Shown one piece after another: positions 1-11,619 of a DNA stretch of 64,000 nucleotides. The position numbers and the translations under genes were made by a program. How positions within the stretch are numbered: the stretch's first letter is position 1; each line of letters opens with the position of its first letter. Below the pieces are notes generated by a model. The model did not search any database. It was given only the letters and a program-made list of their open reading frames with translations, and was not told the origin of the DNA. The stretch comes from Eledone cirrhosa (Eukaryota): positions 30,194,001 through 30,258,000 of the forward strand of contig OZ024760.1 in the NCBI GenBank assembly GCA_964016885.1. Direction: 5' to 3'.

Positions 1-3000
1 TGTAATGTGTAATGTGTAATGTAATTTAATGTAATGTAATGTAATGTAATGTAATGTAATGTAATGTAATGTAATGTAATGTAATGTAATGTGTAATGTA
101 ATGTAACTTAATGTAATTTAATGTAATTTAATGTAATGTAAAGTAATGTGTAATGTGTAATGTAATTTAATGTAATGTAATATAATGTAATGTAATGTAA
201 TGTGTAATGTAATGTAACTTAATGTAATGTAATGTAATGTAATGTAATGTAATGTAATGTAATGTAATATGTAATGTAATGTAATGTAATGTAATTTAAT
301 GTAATGTCTAATGTAATGTAATGCAATGTAATGTAATATGTAATGTAATGTAATGTAATGTAATTTAATGTAATGTCTAATGTAATGTAATGTGTAATGT
401 GTAATGTAATGTAATATAATGTAACGTAATGTGTAATGTGTAATGTAATGTAATGTAATGTAATGTAATGTAATGTAATGTAATATGTAATGTAATGTAA
501 TGTAATTTAATGTAATGTCTAATGTAATGTAATGTAGTGTAATGTAATGTATTGTAATGTAATGTAATATGTGATGTAATGTAATGTAATGTAATGTAAT
601 GTAATGTAATGTGTAATGTAATGTAATGTAATGTGTAATGTAATGTAATGTAATGTAATGTAATGTAATGTAATGTGTAATGTAATGTAATGTAATGTAA
701 TGTAATGTAATGTAATGTAATGTAACATGTAATGTAAGTTAATGTAATGCAATGTAATGTAATATTATGTAATGTAATGTAATGTGTAATGTAATGTAAT
801 TTAATGTAAAGTCTAATGTAACGTAATGTAATGTAATGTAATGTAATGTGTAATGTAATGTAACGTAATGTAATGTAACTTAATGTTTAATGTAATGTAA
901 TGTAATGTAATGTAATGTAATGTGTAATATAATGTAATGTAATGTAATGTAATGTAATGTAATGTGATGTAATGTGTAATGTAATGTGTAATGTAATGTA
1001 ATGTAATTTAATGTAATGTCTAATGTAATCTAGTGTAATGTAATGTAATGTAATGTAATGTAATGTAATGTAATGTGTAATGTAATGTAATGTAATGTAA
1101 TGTAATGTGTAATGTAATGTAATGTAATGTAATGTAATGTAATGTAATGCAAGGTAATGTAATTTAATGTATTGTAATGTGTAATGTAATGTAATGTAAT
1201 GTAATGTAATGTAATGTAATGTAACGTAACGTAATGTAATGTAATGTGTAATGCAATGTAATGTAATGTAATGTGTAATGTAATGTAATGTAATGTGTAA
1301 TGTAATGTAATGTAATGTGTAATGTGTAATGTGTAATGTGTAATGTAATGTAATGTAATGTGTAATGTAATGTAATTTAATGTAATGTCTAATGTAATGT
1401 AATGTAATGTAATGTGTAATGTAACGTAATGTTTAACGTAACTTAATGTTTAATGTAATGTAATGTAATGTAATGTAATGTAATGTGTAATGTAATGTAA
1501 TGTAATGTAATGTAATGTAATGTAATGTAATGTGAAATGTAATGTAATGTAATGTAATGTAATGTAATATAATGCAATGTAATATGTAATGTAATTTAAT
1601 GTAATGTAATGTAATGTAATGTAATATAATGTAATGTGTAATGTAATGTAATGTAATGTAATGTAATGTAATGTAACGTAATGTAATGTAATGTAAGATA
1701 ATGTATAATGTAATGTAATGTAATGTAATGTAATGTAATGTAATGCGTAATGTAATGTAATGTAATGTGTAATGTAATGTAATGTAATGTAATGTACTGT
1801 ACTGTAATGTAATGTAATGTAATGTAATGTAATGTAATGTAATATGTAATGTAATGTAATGTAATGTAATTTAATGTAATGAAATGTAATGTAATGTAAT
1901 GTAATGTAATGTAATGTAATGTAATGTAATGTGTAATGTAATGTAATGTAATGTGTAATGTAATGTGTAATGTAATGTAATGTAATGTAATGTGTATTGT
2001 GTAATGTAATATAATGTAATGTAATGTGTAATGTAATGTAATGTGTAATGTAATGTAATGTAATATAATGTAATGTGTAATGTAATGTAATGTAATGTAA
2101 TGTAATGCATAATGTAATGTAATGTAATGTAATGTAATGTAATGTATAATGTAATGTAATGTAACGTAATGTGTAATGTAATGTAATGTAATGTAATGTA
2201 ATTTAATGTAATGTCTAATGTAATGTAATGTAATGTAATGTAATGTAATGTAATGTAATGTAATGTAATGCAATGTAATGTGTAATGTAACGTAATGTAA
2301 TGCAATGTGTAATGTGTAATGTAATGTAATGTAGTGTAATGTAATGTGTAATGTAATGTAATGTAATGTAATGTAATGTGTAATGCAATGTAACGTAATG
2401 TAATGTAATGTGTAATGTAATGTAATGTAATGTAATGTAATGTAATGTAATGTAATGTAATATAATGTGTAATGTAATGTAATGTAACGTAATGTAGTAT
2501 GTAATGTAATGTAATGTAATGTAATGTAATGTAATATGTAATGTAATGTAATGTGTAATGTAATGTAATGTAATGTAATGTAATGTAATGTAATGTAAGG
2601 TAATGTGTAAGGTAATGTAATGTAATATAATGTAATGTAATGTAATGTAAGGTAATGTGTAAGGTAATGTAATGTAGTATAATGTAATGTAATGTAATGT
2701 AATGTAATGTAATGTAATGTAATGTAATGTAATGTAATGTAATGTAATGTAATGTAATGTAATGTAATGTAATGTAACGTAACGTAATGTAATGTAATGT
2801 GTACTGTAATGTAACGTAATGTAATGTGTAATGTAATGTAATGTGTAATGTAATGTAATGTGTAATGTAATGTAACGTAATGTCATGTAAGGTAATGTAA
2901 TATTTAATATGTAATGTAATGTAATGTAATGTAATGTAATGTGTAATGTAATGTAATGTAATATAATGTAATGTAATGTGCAATGTAAAGTAATGTAATG

Positions 3001-3401
3001 TGTAATGTGATGTAATGTAATGTAATGTAATGTGTAATGTAATGTAATGTAATGTAATTTAATGTTTAATGTTTAATGTAATGTAATGTAATGTAATGTA
3101 ATATAATGTAATGTAATATAATGTAATGTAATGTGTAATGTGTAATGTAATGTAATGTAATGTAATGTAATGTAATGTAATGTAATGTAATATAATATAA
3201 TGTAATGTGTAATGTAATGTAATGTAATGTAATGTGTAATGTAATGTAATGTAATGTAATGTAATGTAATGTAATGTAATATAATGTCATGTCATGTCAT
3301 GTAATGTAATGTAATGTAATGTAATATAATGTAATGTAATGTAATGTATTGTAATGTAATGTAATGTAATGTGTAATGTAATGTAATGTAATGTAATATA
3401 A

Positions 3402-3562
3402 TTGTTTCTACTTTAGGCAAAAGGCCAGAATTACCCAGTGCATTACTGGTACTTTATTTTATCGACCCCTTAAGGATGAAAGGCAAAGTCAACCTCGGCG
3501 GGATTTGAACTCAGATCGTAAAGGGACGTAACTATGCTGGAAAGCATGGCGTCCGACTCTCT
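3402..3562 (-). mobile_element. Truncated tRNA-derived SINE-like element, copy 1
   Basis: Seen: non-satellite 161 bp. The minus strand reads AGAGAGTCGGACGCCATGC...TGAGTTCAAATCCCGCCGAGGTTGACTTTGCCTTTCATCCTTAAGGGGTCGATAAAATAAAGTACCAG...GCCTAAAGTAGAAACAA and runs into simple repeat. A B-box followed by a body and a simple-repeat tail is the established SINE architecture. Resemblance to an Octopus SINE is recalled from memory, not from a search. Confidence 0.85.
3500..3512 (-). promoter_or_regulatory. RNA polymerase III B-box motif in SINE copy 1
   Basis: Minus strand GAGTTCAAATCCC matches the tRNA B-box consensus GTTCRANNC. Only a weak A-box-like TAGAGAGTCGG lies ~40 bp upstream, so activity is uncertain. 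Confidence 0.7.
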
Positions 3563-6500
3563 AATTTAATGTTTAATGTTTAATGTAATGTAATGTAATG
3601 TGTAATCTAATGTAATGTAATGTAATATAATGCAACGTAATATGTAACGTAATTTAATGTAATGTAATGTAATGTAATGTGTAATGTAATGTAATTTAAT
3701 GTAATGTCTAATGTAATGTAATGTAATGTAATGTAATGTAATGTAGTATGTAATGTAATGTGATGTAATGTAATGTAATGAAATGTAATGTAATGTAATG
3801 TAATGTGTAATGTAATGTAATGTAATCTAATGTAATGTAATGTAATGTAATGTAATGTGTAATGTAATGTAATGTAATATAATGTAATATAATGTGTAAT
3901 GTAATGTAATGTAATGTGTAATGTAATGTAATGCAATGTAATGTAATGTAATGTGTAATGTAATGTAATGTTATGTAACGTAATGTATAATGTAATGTAA
4001 TGTAATGTAATGTAAGGTAATGTGTAAGGTAATGTAATGTAATATAATGTAATGTAATGTAATGTAAGGTAATTTGTAAGGTAATGTAATGTAATATAAT
4101 GTAATGTAATGTAATGTAATGTAATGTAATGTAATATAATGTAATGTAATGTAATGTAACGTAACGTAATGTAATGTAATGTGTACTGTAATGTAACGTA
4201 ATGTAATGTGTAATGTAATGTAATGTAATGTAATGTAATGTGTAATGTAATGTAATGTAATGTAATGTAATGTAATGTAATGTAATGTAATGTAATGTAA
4301 TGTGTAATGTAATGTGATGTAATGTAATGTAATGTGTAATGTAATGTAATGTGTAATGTAATGTAACGTAATGTCATGTAAGGTAATGTAATATTTAATA
4401 TGTAATGTAATGTAATGTAATGTAATATAATGTAATGTAATGTGCAATGTAAAGTAATGTAATGTGTAATGTGATGTAATGTAATGTAATGTAATGTGTA
4501 ATGTAATGTAAAGTAATGTAATGTGTAATGTAATGTAATGTAATGTAATGTAATGTAATGTAATGTGTAATGTAATGTGATGTAATGTAATGTAATGTGT
4601 AATGTAATGTAATGTGTAATGTAATGTAACGTAATGTCATGTAAGTTAATGTAATGTAATGTAATGTAATGTAATGTAATGTAATGTGTAATGTAATGTA
4701 ATGTAATGTAATGTAATGTGTAATGTAATGTAATGTAATGTAATGTAATGTAATGTAATGTAATGTAATGCAACGTAATGTAATTTAATGTATTGTAATG
4801 TGTAATGTAATGTAATGTAATGTAATGTAATGTAATGTAACGTAACGTAATGTAATGTAATGTGTAATGCAATGTAATGTAATGTAATGTGTAATGTAAT
4901 GTAATGTAATGTGTAATGTAATGTAATGTAATGTGTAATGTGTAATGTGTAATGTAATGTAATGTAATGTAATGTGTAATGTAATGTAATTTAATGTAAT
5001 GTCTAATGTAATGTAATGTAATGTAATGTAATGTAATGTAATGTAATGTAATGTAATGTGTAATGTAACGTAATGTTTAACGTAACTTAATGTTTAATGT
5101 AATGTAATGTAATGTAATGTAATGTAATGTGTAATGTAATGTAATGTAATGTAATGTAATGTAATGTAATGTAATGTGAAATGTAATGTAATGTAATGTA
5201 ATGTAATGTAATATAATGCAATGTAATATGTAATGTAATTTAATGTAATGTAATGTAATGTAATGTAATGTAATGTAATGTAATGTGTAATGTAATGTAA
5301 TGTAATGTAATGTAATGTAACGTAATGTAATGTAATGTAAGGTAATGTATAATGTAATGTAATGTAATGTAATGTAATGTAATGTAATGTAATGTGTAAT
5401 GTAATGTAATGTAATGTGTAATGTAATATAATGTAAAATAATGTAATGTAATGTGTAATGTAATGTAATGTAATGTGTAATATAATGTAATGTAATGTAA
5501 TGTAATGTAATGTAATGTAATGTAATGTAATGTAATGTAATGTAATGTGTAATGTAATGTAATGTAATGTAATGTAATGTAATGTAATGTCATGTAATGT
5601 AATGTCATGTAAGGTAATGTAATATTTAATATGTAATGTAATGTAATGTAACGTAATGTGTAATGTAATGTAATGTAATGTAACATAATGTAATGTAATG
5701 TGTAATGTAATGTAATGTAATGTGTAATGTAATGTAATGTAATGTAATGTAATGTGTAATGAAATGTAATGTAATGTAATGTAATATAATATGTAATGTA
5801 ATGTAATGTAATGTAATGTAATGTAATGTGTAATGTAAAGTAATGTATGTTATGTAATGTAATGTGTAATGTAATGTAATGTGATGTAATGTAATGTAAT
5901 GTGTAATGTAATGTAATGTGTAATGTAATGTAATGTAATGTAATGTCATGTAAGGTGATGTAATATTTAATATGTAATGTAATGTAATGTAATGTGTAAT
6001 GTAATGTAATGTAATGTAATATAATGTAATGTAATGTGTAATGTAATGTAATGTAATGTAATGTAATGTAATGTGTAAAGTGATGTAATGTAATGTAATG
6101 TAATGTGTAATGACATGTAATGTAATGTAATGTAATGTAATGTAATGTAATATGTAATGTAATGTGTAATGTAAAGTAATGTAATGTTATGTAATGTAAT
6201 GTGTAATGTAATGTAATGTGTAATGTAATGTAATGTAATGTAATGTGTAATGTAATGCAATGTAATGTAAGGTAATGTGTAATGTAATGTAATGTAATGT
6301 AATGTGTAATGTGTAATGTAATTTAATGTAATGTAATGTAATGTAATGTAATGTAATGTAATGTAATGTAATGTAATGTAATGTAATGTGTAATGTAATG
6401 TAACTTAATGTAATTTAATGTAATTTAATGTAATGTAAAGTAATGTGTAATGTGTAATGTAATTTAATGTAATGTAATATAATGTAATGTAATGTAATGT

Positions 6501-9500
6501 GTAATGTAATGTAACTTAATGTAATGTAATGTAATGTAATGTAATGTAATGTAATGTAATATGTAATGTAATGTAATGTAATGTAATTTAATGTAATGTC
6601 TAATGTAATGTAATGCAATGTAATGTAATATGTAATGTAATGTAATGTAATGTAATTTAATGTAATGTCTAATGTAATGTAATGTGTAATGTGTAATGTA
6701 ATGTAATATAATGTAACGTAATGTGTAATGTGTAATGTAATGTAATGTAATGTAATGTAATGTAATGTAATGTAATATGTAATGTAATGTAATGTAATTT
6801 AATGTAATGTCTAATGTAATGTAATGTAGTGTAATGTAATGTATTGTAATGTAATGTAATATGTGATGTAATGTAATGTAATGTAATGTAATGTAATGTA
6901 ATGTAATGTAATGTGTAATGTAATGTAATGTAATGTGTAATGTAATGTAATGTAATGTAATGTAATGTAATGTAATGTAATGTGTAATGTAATGTAATGT
7001 AATGTAATGTAATGTAATGTAATGTAACATGTAATGTAAGTTAATGTAATGCAATGTAATGTAATATTATGTAATGTAATGTAATGTGTAATGTAATGTA
7101 ATTTAATGTAAAGTCTAATGTAACGTAATGTAATGTAATGTAATGTAATGTGTAATGTAATGTAACGTAATGTAATGTAACTTAATGTTTAATGTAATGT
7201 AATGTAATGTAATGTAATGTGTAATATAATGTAATGTAATGTAATGTAATGTAATGTAATGTGATGTAATGTGTAATGTAATGTGTAATGTAATGTAATG
7301 TAATTTAATGTAATGTCTAATGTAATCTAGTGTAATGTAATGTAATGTAATGTAATGTAATGTAATGTAATGTGTAATGTAATGTAATGTAATGTAATGT
7401 AATGTGTAATGTAATGTAATGTAATGTAATGTAATGTAATGCAACGTACTGTAATTTAATATATTGTAATGTGTAATGTAATGTAATGTAATGTAATGTA
7501 ATGTAATGTAATGTAACGTAACGTAATGTAATGTAATGTGTAATGCAATGTAATGTAATGTAATGTGTAATGTAATGTAATGTAATGTGTAATGTAATGT
7601 AATGTAATGTGTAATGTGTAATGTGTAATGTAATGTAATGTAATGTGTAATGTAATGTAATTTAATGTAATGTCTAATGTAATGTAATGTAATGTAATGT
7701 GTAATGTAATGTAATGTTTAACGTAACTTAATGTTTAATGTAATGTAATGTAATGTAATGTAATGTGTAATGTAATGTAATGTAATGTAATGTAATGTAA
7801 TGTAATGTAATGTGAAATGTAATGTAATGTAATGTAATGTAATGTAATATAATGCAATGTAATATGTAATGTAATTTAATGTAATGTAATGTAATGTAAT
7901 GTAATATAATGTAATGTGTAATGTAATGTAATGTAATGTAATGTAATGTAATGTAACGTAATGTAATGTAATGTAAGATAATGTATAATGTAATGTAATG
8001 TAATGTAATGTAATGTAATGCGTAATGTAATGTAATGTAATGTGTAATGTAATGTAATGTAATGTAATGTACTGTACTGTAATGTAATGTAATGTAATGT
8101 AATGTAATGTAATATGTAATGTAATGTAATGTAATGTAATTTAATGTAATGAAATGTAATGTAATGTAATGTAATGTAATGTAATGTAATGTAATGTAAT
8201 GTAATGTGTAATGTAATGTAATGTAATGTGTAATGTAATGTGTAATGTAATGTAATGTAATGTAATGTGTATTGTGTAATGTAATATAATGTAATGTAAT
8301 GTGTAATGTAATGTAATATGTAATGTAATGTAATGTAATATAATGTAATGTGTAATGTAATGTAATGTAATGTAATGTAATGCATAATGTAATGTAATGT
8401 AATGTAATGTAATGTATAATGTAATGTAATGTAACGTAATGTGTAATGTAATGTAATGTAATGTAATGTAATTTAATGTAATGTCTAATGTAATGTAATG
8501 TAATGTAATGTAATGTAATGTAATGTAATGTAATGTAATGTAATGTAATGTAATGTAATGTGTAATGTAACGTAATGTAATGCAATGTGTAATGTGTAAT
8601 GTAATGTAATGTAGTGTAATGTAATGTGTAATGTAATGTAATGTAATGTAATGTAATGTGTAATGCAATGTAACGTAATGTAATGTAATGTGTAATGTAA
8701 TGTAATGTAATGTAATGTAATGTAATGTAATGTAATGTAATATAATGTGTAATGTAATGTAATGTAACGTAATGTAGTATGTAATGTAATGTAATGTAAT
8801 GTAATGTAATGTAATACGTAATGTAATGTAATGTGTAATGTAATGTAATGTAATGTAATGTAATGTAATGTAATGTAATGTAATGTAATGTAAGGTAATG
8901 TGTAAGGTAATGTAATGTAATATAATGTAATGTAATGTAATGTAAGGTAATGTGTAAGGTAATGTAATGTAATGTAATGTAATGTAATGTAATGTAATGT
9001 AATGTAATGTAATGTAATGTAATGTAATGTAATGTAATGTAATGTAATGTAACGTAACGTAATGTAATGTAATGTGTACTGTAATGTAACGTAATGTAAT
9101 GTGTAATGTAATGTGTAATGTAATGTAATGTGTAATGTAATGTAATGTGTAATGTAATGTAACGTAATGTCATGTAAGGTAATGTAATATTTAATATGTA
9201 ATGTAATGTAATGTAATGTAATGTGTAATGTAATGTAATGTAATATAATGTAATGTAATGTGCAATGTAAAGTAATGTAATGTGTAATGTGATGTAATGT
9301 AATGTAAAGTAATGTGTAATGTAATGTAATGTAATTTAATGTTTAATGTTTAATGTAATGTAATGTAATGTAATGTAATATAATGTAATGTAATATAATG
9401 TAATGTAATGTGTAATGTGTAATGTAATGTAATGTAATGTAATGTAATGTAATGTAATGTAATGTAATATAATATAATGTAATGTGTAATGTAATGTAAT

Positions 9501-9673
9501 GTAATGTAATGTGTAATGTAATGTAATGTAATGTAATGTAATGTAATGTAATATAATGTCATGTCATGTAATGTAATGTAATGTAATGTAATGTAATATA
9601 ATGTAATGTAATGTAATGTATTGTAATGTAATGTAATGTAATGTGTAATGTAATGTAATGTAATGTAATATAA

Positions 9674-9834
9674 TTGTTTCTACTTTAGGCAAAAGGCCAG
9701 AATTACCCAGTGCATTACTGGTACTTTATTTTATCGACCCCTTAAGGATGAAAGGCAAAGTCAACCTCGGCGGGATTTGAACTCAGATCGTAAAGGGACG
9801 TAACTATGCTGGAAAGCATGGCGTCCGACTCTCT
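9674..9834 (-). mobile_element. Truncated tRNA-derived SINE-like element, copy 2
   Basis: Identical by eye to copy 1, offset 6272 bp, with the same junctions on both sides. Confidence 0.85.
9772..9784 (-). promoter_or_regulatory. RNA polymerase III B-box motif in SINE copy 2
   Basis: Same GAGTTCAAATCCC motif on the minus strand. Confidence 0.7.
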
Positions 9835-11432
9835 AATTTAATGTTTAATGTTTAATGTAATGTAATGTAATGTGTAATCTAATGTAATGTAATGTAATAT
9901 AATGCAACGTAATATGTAACGTAATTTAATGTAATGTAATGTAATGTAATGTGTAATGTAATGTAATTTAATGTAATGTCTAATGTAATGTAATGTAATG
10001 TAATGTAATGTAATGTAGTATGTAATGTAATGTGATGTAATGTAATGTAATGAAATGTAATGTAATGTAATGTAATGTGTAATGTAATGTAATGTAATCT
10101 AATGTAATGTAATGTAATGTAATGTAATGTAATGTGTAATGTAATGAAATGTAATATAATGTAATATAATGTGTAATGTAATGTAATGTAATGTGTAATG
10201 TAATGTAATGCAATGTAATGTAATGTAATGTGTAATGTAATGTAATGTTATGTAACGTAATGTATAATGTAATGTAATGTAATGTAATGTAAGGTAATGT
10301 GTAAGGTAATGTAATGTAATATAATGTAATGTAATGTAATGTAAGGTAATTTATAAGGTAATGTAATGTAATATAATGTAATGTAATGTAATGTAATGTA
10401 ATGTAATGTAATGTAATGTAATATAATGTAATGTAATGTAATGTAACGTAACGTAATGTAATGTAATGTGTACTGTAATGTAACGTAATGTAATGTGTAA
10501 TGTAATGTAATGTAATGTAATGTAATGTGTAATGTAATGTAATGTAATGTAATGTAATGTAATGTAATGTAATGTAATGTAATGTGTAATGTAATGTGAT
10601 GTAATGTAATGTAATGTGTAATGTAATGTAATGTGTAATGTAATGTAACGTAATGTCATGTAAGGTAATGTAATATTTAATATGTAATGTAATGTAATGT
10701 AATGTAATATAATGTAATGTAATGTGCAATGTAAAGTAATGTAATGTGTAATGTGATGTAATGTAATGTAATGTAATGTGTAATGTAATGTAAAGTAATG
10801 TAATGTGTAATGTAATGTAATGTAATGTAATGTAATGTAATGTGTAATGTAATGTGATGTAATGTAATGTAATGTGTAATGTAATGTAATGTGTAATGTA
10901 ATGTAACGTAATGTCATGTAAGTTAATGTAATATTTAATATGTAATGTAATGTAATGTAATGTAATATAATGTAATGTAATGTGCAATGTAAAGTAATGT
11001 AATGTGTAATGTGATGTAATGTAATGTAATGTAATGTGTAATGTAATGTAATGTAATGTAATTTAATGTTTAATGTTTAATGTAATGTAATGTAATGTGT
11101 AATGTAATGTAATGTAATGTAATGTAATGTAATGTAATGTAATGTAATATAATGTAATGTAATATAATGTAATGTAATGTGTAATGTGTAATGTAATGTA
11201 ATGTAACGTAATGTAATGTAATGTAATGTAATGTAATATAATGTAATGTAATGTGTAATGTAATGTAATGTAATGTAATGTGTAATGTAATGTAATGTAA
11301 TGTAATGTAATGTAATGTAATATAATGTCATGTAATGTAATGTAATGTAATGTAATGTAATATAATGTAATGTAATGTAAAGTAATGTAATGTAATGTAA
11401 TGTGTAATGTAATGTAATGTAATGTAATATAA

Positions 11433-11593
11433 TTGTTTCTACTTTAGGCACAAGGCCAGAATTACCCAGTGCATTACTGGTACTTTATTTTATCGACCCC
11501 GTAAGGATGAAAGGCAAAGTCAACCTCGGCGGGATTTGAACTCAGATCGTAAAGGGACGTAACTATGCTGGAAAGCATGGCGTCCGACTCTCT
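11433..11593 (-). mobile_element. Truncated tRNA-derived SINE-like element, copy 3
   Basis: Same 161 bp and junctions, offset 1759 bp from copy 2. Two substitutions: C at 11451 (A at 3420 in copy 1) and G at 11501 (T at 3470 in copy 1). Confidence 0.85.
11531..11543 (-). promoter_or_regulatory. RNA polymerase III B-box motif in SINE copy 3
   Basis: Same GAGTTCAAATCCC motif on the minus strand. Confidence 0.7.
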
Positions 11594-11619
11594 AATTTAA
11601 TGTTTAATGTTTAATGTAA

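Larger units (their letters stand above)
1..10930. repeat. ~6.3-kb higher-order tandem duplication containing the SINE (about 1.7 copies visible)
   Basis: Ordered marker pairs: GTAACTTAATGTAATTT ~103/~6400, GTTTAACGTAACTT ~1431/~7716, GTAAGATAATGTAT ~1693/~7973, SINE 3402/9674. Offsets are 6272-6297. Confidence 0.9.

Noticed and set aside
3402-3562. Functional tRNA gene or hammerhead ribozyme (retrozyme) in the insert
   Set aside because: Only the B-box/T-loop motif is present and I could not build a cloverleaf. GGATGAAAGG resembles but does not match the CUGANGA...GAAA hammerhead core. An Infernal/Rfam scan would settle it.
3390-3600. Classical short target-site duplication or terminal inverted repeats
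   Set aside because: No terminal inverted repeats were seen, and both flanks are satellite, so a short TSD cannot be distinguished from background.
11077-11451. ORF beginning MPKVETII
   Set aside because: It starts at a non-ATG codon in the end of SINE copy 3 and continues as satellite read-through. There is no coding evidence.
3402-11593. CRISPR array or repeat-spacer system
   Set aside because: The three inserts are near-identical rather than unique spacers, there is no regular repeat-spacer periodicity, and there are no cas genes.
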